In this document: positions 17,535 to 22,250 of the stretch, piece after piece
Numbering within the stretch: position 1 is the first letter of the stretch
Layout of the letters: every line of letters begins with the position of its first letter
DNA from: Bdellovibrionales bacterium
Lineage (GTDB): Bacteria > Bdellovibrionota > Bdellovibrionia > Bdellovibrionales > UBA840
Assembly (NCBI GenBank): GCA_037969075.1
Contig: JBBKWS010000106.1
Span: forward strand, 1 to 22,250
Direction: 5' to 3'
DNA length: 22,250 nucleotides
Notes under the pieces: generated by a model
The model's input: the letters and a program-made list of their open reading frames with translations, nothing else
Databases searched by the model: none
Told to the model about the DNA's origin: nothing
Made by a program: the position numbers and the translations under genes

Positions 17535-18545
17535 TCACTTTGATTCTTTGGCCAATTGTAAGATCTGCTTAATTAAAGCCTTATAATTCATCCCTTTTTT
17601 GTGAGCTGATATAGAGAACTCATCGTCAGGAGATAGTGCTGGATTGGGGTTTGCCTCAATCACGTAAGGTACGCCCTCTGAGTTTAAACGTAGATCAATC
17701 CTAGCATAAGAGCTTAACTGCAGGTTCTTATATGTCCTTTTACAAACCTGCTCTATTCGCTTTAAAGTGGCAGGGTCAATCCCCTCGGCGACTTGAGAAA
17801 ATATTCCATTTTTAGCTCTATACTTTTCGTCCCATTTTACTTTTCTTGTGGCGAACTCAAAGTTGGGATCTTTTGACTTTGAAAAAACTAACTCGGTGGG
17901 AGGAAATATTTTTAAACGACCATTGCCCATAACAGAAACATACAGTTCTCGCCCTTCGATAAACTCTTCGACAATTGCATCTGTCTTGACCGTCTCGTGA
18001 ATAAATTCAATTCTCTCATTCAAACTTTTATCATCATATACAAGGGAGGCTTGAGAAATACCAAGAGATGCCTCTTCATTGAGGGACTTAACAAATAACG
18101 GAAAATGTAAGTCTTTTCTGGCAAACTTACGGTTCTTTTTTGCAACCGCAAATTTAGGAACAGGTATCCGGTGGTAAGTTAAAATCTTTTTTGTTAACGC
18201 CTTATCTCTTGATAAAATCAATCCCCGGGGATTACAACCTGTATACGCTAAACCAATTAACTCTAAGTAACTAACTACGTTGGCATCATATACTGCTTCG
18301 CCGTTAAACTCTTCTAACATATTAAATGCTAGATCTGGCTTATGCTCGAAATTCAGTTTGCGAATCGGTGATAAATCATCAGATAAAGGCGCCAAGATTA
18401 CCTCGTGCCCCAAGCTCTTTAATGTCTTGATAACATGATATTCCATCTTCCATTCTGCCGTTTCGGCCTCACTTACCTTAACGGTTAAATCTGGAACCAA
18501 AGATTCGTGAAGTAGAGCCAGTATTTTTATTTTTTTTACTGTCAT
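17535..18545 (-). CDS. ATP-grasp ligase of the D-Ala-D-Ala ligase superfamily, non-canonical
   Basis: YTGC...DKALTKKIL, FPLFVKS, EEASLGI, VEEFIEGRELYV, YARIDLRL, IEANPNP; lacks the Ddl GGxSxE and LHGxxGEDG motifs. Confidence 0.88.
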   Translation of the reverse strand: MTVKKIKILALLHESLVPDLTVKVSEAETAEWKMEYHVIKTLKSLGHEVILAPLSDDLSPIRKLNFEHKPDLAFNMLEEFNGEAVYDANVVSYLELIGLAYTGCNPRGLILSRDKALTKKILTYHRIPVPKFAVAKKNRKFARKDLHFPLFVKSLNEEASLGISQASLVYDDKSLNERIEFIHETVKTDAIVEEFIEGRELYVSVMGNGRLKIFPPTELVFSKSKDPNFEFATRKVKWDEKYRAKNGIFSQVAEGIDPATLKRIEQVCKRTYKNLQLSSYARIDLRLNSEGVPYVIEANPNPALSPDDEFSISAHKKGMNYKALIKQILQLAKESK

Positions 18546-19573
18546 GTGGAGAAAGAAATTCCTTTTTTCTCTATGGTTTTTTGTACTTTTAAAATCATCT
18601 TCTTTAGTGCTACTTGATCTTCTTTTTTAAGATATCTTAGGATTTGTGTCTTGCGCAGTAAAGGAGAATGTTTAAGTGACAATAAATATCTCATCTCGTA
18701 ATTAGTTAAAGCTTTACTTTTAGCGTACTTCAGGACCAATGCTTTAACTTTTTGAGTCTTCACTTCTTCTACAGGCTGATACTGTAATTGCTTTTCGATT
18801 TCTTTCCATGAAACACCAAGTAACTTCGCTTTGTTTTTATAATAGGTTCTTAGCTTCATTCGAGACTTCTTTGAATCTCCCACCTTATCCTTAAGTAGAT
18901 ACATCGGTGGAGAAGACTTTAATGTTTTTACTGTTTGGTCTATGTATTTTAATTTTTTCAATACTGTGCCAACGTACTTTTTCTTCCAACTACTTTTGGG
19001 ATTTAACCAAATTGCAAAGGTTTCCGCAAAGTCTTCATCAGGGTGAGTTTGCGCATAGTTACGTGGTAAGTTTTTAACAAACTTTCTGCTAAATAAAACT
19101 GGATAATAGGTTTTTGGATATTTTTTTGTACTGTTGCCAAACAGGGCTCTACGATCTTTACTATATCTAAGCTGATAGACTTTATCTACAATATGACCAG
19201 CTTCATGCCTAAGATATTTTAGAATATCAGATTTGCTCTTACCTTCACATTCTTTGTAAAAAGCCTCCTCTATTGCCATTAAGGTAGGGTGAGACAAATA
19301 AAATGGGATAGCTATGCCGTTCGTACCCTCAGGGTGAAACCACTCGGTAGAGAACCAATAATATGGCTTCCATCTAAATTGAGTTTTCTTCCACTCTTTT
19401 TCAAGAGACGTTATAGCAGAAGCAACAGGACCATCATTTAAACTCAACTTCAAATCACAAAATCTTAGGTCTAATAATTCGTTAACTGGAAGATTAAATA
19501 GGCCTGCCTTAGGCCTTGAAAACAGCTTCTTATATTTTGCTTGGTAGTATTTGATTTTCTCTTTTGCACCCAC
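18542..19573 (-). CDS. Putative zinc-binding metallopeptidase (zincin, Peptidase_Mx-like)
   Basis: LRHEAGH (HExxH), YAQTHPDEDFAETFA, IAIPFYLSHP; GTG start. Confidence 0.85.
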   Translation of the reverse strand: MGAKEKIKYYQAKYKKLFSRPKAGLFNLPVNELLDLRFCDLKLSLNDGPVASAITSLEKEWKKTQFRWKPYYWFSTEWFHPEGTNGIAIPFYLSHPTLMAIEEAFYKECEGKSKSDILKYLRHEAGHIVDKVYQLRYSKDRRALFGNSTKKYPKTYYPVLFSRKFVKNLPRNYAQTHPDEDFAETFAIWLNPKSSWKKKYVGTVLKKLKYIDQTVKTLKSSPPMYLLKDKVGDSKKSRMKLRTYYKNKAKLLGVSWKEIEKQLQYQPVEEVKTQKVKALVLKYAKSKALTNYEMRYLLSLKHSPLLRKTQILRYLKKEDQVALKKMILKVQKTIEKKGISFST

Positions 19574-19580
19574 GAAGAGA

Positions 19581-19609
19581 TATATAGAAAAGGCTCAACG
19601 TAGAGTCAA
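19581..19609 (-). promoter_or_regulatory. Possible internal sigma70 promoter for the peptidase-ligase pair
   Basis: TTGACT (19609-19604), 17 nt, TATATA (19586-19581), 7 nt, then GTG; no SD. The -10 lacks the final T. Confidence 0.45.
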
Positions 19610-19959
19610 TTACTGCCTTTATCGTTGGTCTTTCTTACAACCTCGATCTCTGCAGAAACTTTAAATTTGTGCTCTTCGACAAACCTTGAGGCCTCTTTTA
19701 CAAAGTCGATTTTTTTGATGATAGTTACAACTTCATTTCCAACTCGGTCCATCAGCTCCGCCTTAGACTTATTAGCCCCATCAATCAGTTTTCCGAGTAG
19801 GTCTTTTGGAAGCTTCAAGTCCTGCAAATACGTCCTAATCCCCTCTTCAGTGAGAAATGCGGCACTTACCCCTGTAGCCAAGAGTTTTTTAACAATCTCT
19901 GGAATAAGGCGTATTTTACCATCGTCATCAGACTCATCGTGTGGCGGCTTATTTTCCAT
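19606..19959 (-). CDS. Hypothetical helical protein with phasin-like N-terminus
   Basis: KKLLATGVSAAFLTEEGIR resembles phasin/PhaF-like amphipathic starts; overlaps the upstream SRPBCC gene by 11 nt. Confidence 0.75.
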   Translation of the reverse strand: MENKPPHDESDDDGKIRLIPEIVKKLLATGVSAAFLTEEGIRTYLQDLKLPKDLLGKLIDGANKSKAELMDRVGNEVVTIIKKIDFVKEASRFVEEHKFKVSAEIEVVRKTNDKGSN

Positions 19960-20380
19960 ATAGCTCTTTCACTCGTCTTGTATAGGCACTTATCATGTTG
20001 GGAAGGTTGGCCGCAATTAGCCCTTTTGTAATAGGACCTGGTATAAACATAGAGAACTTAGCCTCAACCGTATACTGCGCTCTTGTCTTGCCAGCTTCAT
20101 CTGCGAGTACCCATGACCCTTTGCTTTCTTTAAAGAGATCCCCGCCTGCAAATGTCCAAGAGATTTGATTCGGCTTTGAATGATCCATCCACAAATTGTA
20201 CTTAAAACTCTTAATCACACTCACCTGATACTCAACCAGCCATTTGTCGCCTTGTTTCTCGATCACTTTACAGGCTTTCACCTCATCCAAGAATTCAGAG
20301 TATTTATCATAATCAGTTATGATTTTATAAAACTCTGGAACGGTACATGAAAATATTTCTGATGTTGACGCACTAGCCAT
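19949..20380 (-). CDS. SRPBCC/START-fold protein (RatA/Coq10, polyketide cyclase-like)
   Basis: FYKIITDYDKYSEFLDEV, ISWTFAGGDLFKESKGSWVL, TRAQYTVE; SD AGGAG. Confidence 0.88.
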   Translation of the reverse strand: MASASTSEIFSCTVPEFYKIITDYDKYSEFLDEVKACKVIEKQGDKWLVEYQVSVIKSFKYNLWMDHSKPNQISWTFAGGDLFKESKGSWVLADEAGKTRAQYTVEAKFSMFIPGPITKGLIAANLPNMISAYTRRVKELYGK

Positions 20381-20476
20381 ATGTTCTCCTAGTATTTATA
20401 TCTCTCCATTGTGAGAGTAAACTGCATAAAATGGAAGGGTTTTTATGGATTTTGCTAGGTTTGTAAGCGGTTGAAT

Positions 20477-21703
20477 CTACTTCTTGGCAGCTGCTAACAG
20501 CCAATTATCTACACCATTTCGCCAAGCCGCTACCTCATAATTAAGAATAGTATTAGGAGTAACTCCCTCACCTTCGATGATTTCATCTTTCCAGTTTTTG
20601 TAGAGAGCAACAGGAATAGAAAGTGAATGTTGTTTACCAAAGTATGTCGGATACCAAATCGCAAGTAAAACTGCGCCCGAGGTAGTTTGCCCTAATAATT
20701 TGGTGCCTTTGCGAAGCCTAATAGCCTCAGAGAATATTTCTGCCGTCGATGCAGTATCACCGTCGATCAGCACATCTATGTCCCCGAGGTAACAAGGATA
20801 TTCAGCATAGGTTTGTAATTCTACCACCGATGAATTTTTAATAGCTTCTATCTGTGCGTTTCCATCCATATCTTCAGTGAAGACAGTATTAACTTCCTCT
20901 TTTTTTCTTGTTTGGATTAAGTATCCGATGTCAGTGGGTTCACACAAAAAAGAGCTTAATATTTTTTGCATAACTACAAAGTCGCCACCCGTATTACCTC
21001 TTAAGTCCAAAATTAAATGGTCGTAGACCTCTGCATTTTGAATTAGTTTTTTCCATTCATCTTGATCAAAATATACCGGTGTAAAACTCTTGAGTCGTAG
21101 GACTCCTGTTTTTTCTACCTTATATTTCTTGCTCTCTAATGTTTGGATTTGTGGTTGAAATGCGTAATGTATTTTTTTAGGCACAATTGAAACTTCAATT
21201 TCTTTACCATCACGCCATAATAAGATTTTACCATTAAATTTATTTACATCTGATGAAAAAATTGGAGGCTTATCGCCGAGTTTTAAAATCTCATCACCCA
21301 ACTCTATCTGGTGCTCAGCAGGACTGTCTGCAAGGACCTCTGTAACAATCCAATAGCCTTGCATTTGCTTTACACGAATCCCTGTGTCTGTGTCTGCCCC
21401 TAACCACATCTGTGACATCTCGGCAGGACTCCAAAGCTCTAAGTGTGAAGCTCCCATTGAAGATAAGTGCGATTGTATACGTCTGATCTGTGTTTGCTTA
21501 GTTGTACGATATTTTACAGCATCCGCAACCCGCTGGCATTCTTCATACCAGGTAGTAAGCGTAAGACTTGATTCATAAAAATGTGTGTTTACCAAATCAC
21601 AGATTAAATGACTGGCGATCATTAAATTACGACTCTTGTAGTATTGAAACGACAGAAGTGAAAAAAGACATAAGAGTAAGAAGTACCAAACGCGAACTAG
21701 CAC
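20477..21703 (-). CDS. S41 family peptidase with PDZ domain, N-terminally anchored or exported
   Basis: PDZ (TGIRV...VLADSPAE...GDEILKL), LILDLRGNTGG, TASTAE (catalytic Ser), IEGEGVTP. Confidence 0.9.
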   Translation of the reverse strand: MLVRVWYFLLLCLFSLLSFQYYKSRNLMIASHLICDLVNTHFYESSLTLTTWYEECQRVADAVKYRTTKQTQIRRIQSHLSSMGASHLELWSPAEMSQMWLGADTDTGIRVKQMQGYWIVTEVLADSPAEHQIELGDEILKLGDKPPIFSSDVNKFNGKILLWRDGKEIEVSIVPKKIHYAFQPQIQTLESKKYKVEKTGVLRLKSFTPVYFDQDEWKKLIQNAEVYDHLILDLRGNTGGDFVVMQKILSSFLCEPTDIGYLIQTRKKEEVNTVFTEDMDGNAQIEAIKNSSVVELQTYAEYPCYLGDIDVLIDGDTASTAEIFSEAIRLRKGTKLLGQTTSGAVLLAIWYPTYFGKQHSLSIPVALYKNWKDEIIEGEGVTPNTILNYEVAAWRNGVDNWLLAAAKK

Positions 21704-21709
21704 CCAGAC

Positions 21710-21738
21710 AGACTAGGTGTTAAGTCCTTAACATTCAA
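21710..21738 (-). promoter_or_regulatory. Sigma70 promoter of the S41 gene with a palindrome in the spacer
   Basis: TTGAAT (21738-21733), 17 nt, TAGTCT (21715-21710), 6 nt, then GTG; TGTTAAG-TC-CTTAACA at 21718-21733. Confidence 0.6.
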
Positions 21739-21743
21739 GGTAA

Positions 21744-21799
21744 TCCTAAAAAAACGAAAGAGAGCCCTTAGCACAAGGACTCCCCCGTTTTACTTAGGA
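21744..21799 (-). other. Extended RNA hairpin in the 3' UTR of the Fis-like gene (terminator or structured RNA)
   Basis: 24 pairs by manual folding, 4 of them G-U on the minus strand (A-C mismatches on plus), with a 5-nt loop. Confidence 0.7.
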
Positions 21800-21806
21800 G
21801 GTACAA

Positions 21807-22229
21807 TTAAGCTGCGCGATTTGCTTTACGGCGAGCTACTGAAGGATCTATTTGATACTGCTTTACTTTGCGATATAAAGTAGCGCGACCAATACCCAAA
21901 GCCTTAGCAGCTTCAGTTAAATTGCCACGGAACTCTAAAATAGCATTTTCAATAGCATCTTTTTCCACTTCATTGATAGTATGAACTTTTTTGTCATCTA
22001 CAAAACGATTTGGAAATGCTAATACCTTACCACCAACACTTTGACTGCCGGCTTGCAAGTTTACTTCTTCAGTATGCAACTGCGAACGAAAACCTGTATC
22101 TTCTAGACCATTGGTCCACTGTGAATGATTGTACGCATTTACGGTTACCCCGTTTTGTTGCGCCCAAGACCTTACTTTCTGTACTTCCATGTAGTCATCG
22201 CTGACTATGATTAGTAGAGAACGTGCCAT
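21807..22229 (-). CDS. Fis-family HTH (HTH_8) protein without AAA+ domain
   Basis: TINEVEKDAIENAILEFRGNLTEAAKALGIGRATLYRKVKQYQI; SD GGAGG. Confidence 0.9.
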   Translation of the reverse strand: MARSLLIIVSDDYMEVQKVRSWAQQNGVTVNAYNHSQWTNGLEDTGFRSQLHTEEVNLQAGSQSVGGKVLAFPNRFVDDKKVHTINEVEKDAIENAILEFRGNLTEAAKALGIGRATLYRKVKQYQIDPSVARRKANRAA

Positions 22230-22250
22230 TAAAAACCTCCCCTTATTAGT

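Noticed and set aside
17535..18545. Calling this gene ddl
   Set aside because: D-Ala-binding motifs are absent and the gene is not in a cell-wall cluster.
19949..20380. RatA/PasT toxin-antitoxin system
   Set aside because: The partner is not RatB/RnfH-like, and the START fold alone does not imply a toxin.
19625..22204. ORFs 19625..19963, 21384..21578 and 22010..22204
   Set aside because: Antisense shadows of minus-strand genes.
1..22250. CRISPR arrays, tRNA/rRNA, IS elements, prophage or defence genes
   Set aside because: No repeat-spacer periodicity, cloverleaf, transposase, integrase or nuclease motifs seen by eye; intergenic gaps are short.

Overview
AT-rich, gene-dense bacterial chromosomal window with about 23 credible CDS. 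I found no rRNA, tRNA, CRISPR array or mobile element. Gene content suggests a Bdellovibrionota-like predatory bacterium (many secreted hydrolases and hypotheticals, an SRPBCC plus helical partner pair, a Fis-HTH protein, a FliA-type promoter); this is inference only. Left half: a partial GlsB/YeaQ/YmgE gene missed by the ORF track, a tandem GNAT, and a lipid/ester block (PHB-depolymerase-type esterase, PlsB, FadE, TetR, chalcone-isomerase-fold protein, pectinacetylesterase/Notum-family hydrolase). Middle: prolyl oligopeptidase, SlyX, FKBP PPIase, MltA. Right: a minus-strand run of Fis-HTH protein, S41 peptidase, SRPBCC protein, phasin-like protein, zinc metallopeptidase, Ddl-like ATP-grasp ligase, DUF493 and PfkB kinase. 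Best leads: (1) a translationally coupled zincin peptidase plus non-canonical Ddl-like ligase, a candidate peptide ligation/removal module; (2) a matching TGTACY-N4-RGTACA operator pair linking the TetR to the chalcone-isomerase-fold gene beside fadE; (3) a 24-bp strand-specific RNA hairpin after the Fis-like gene; (4) several apparently leaderless promoters.
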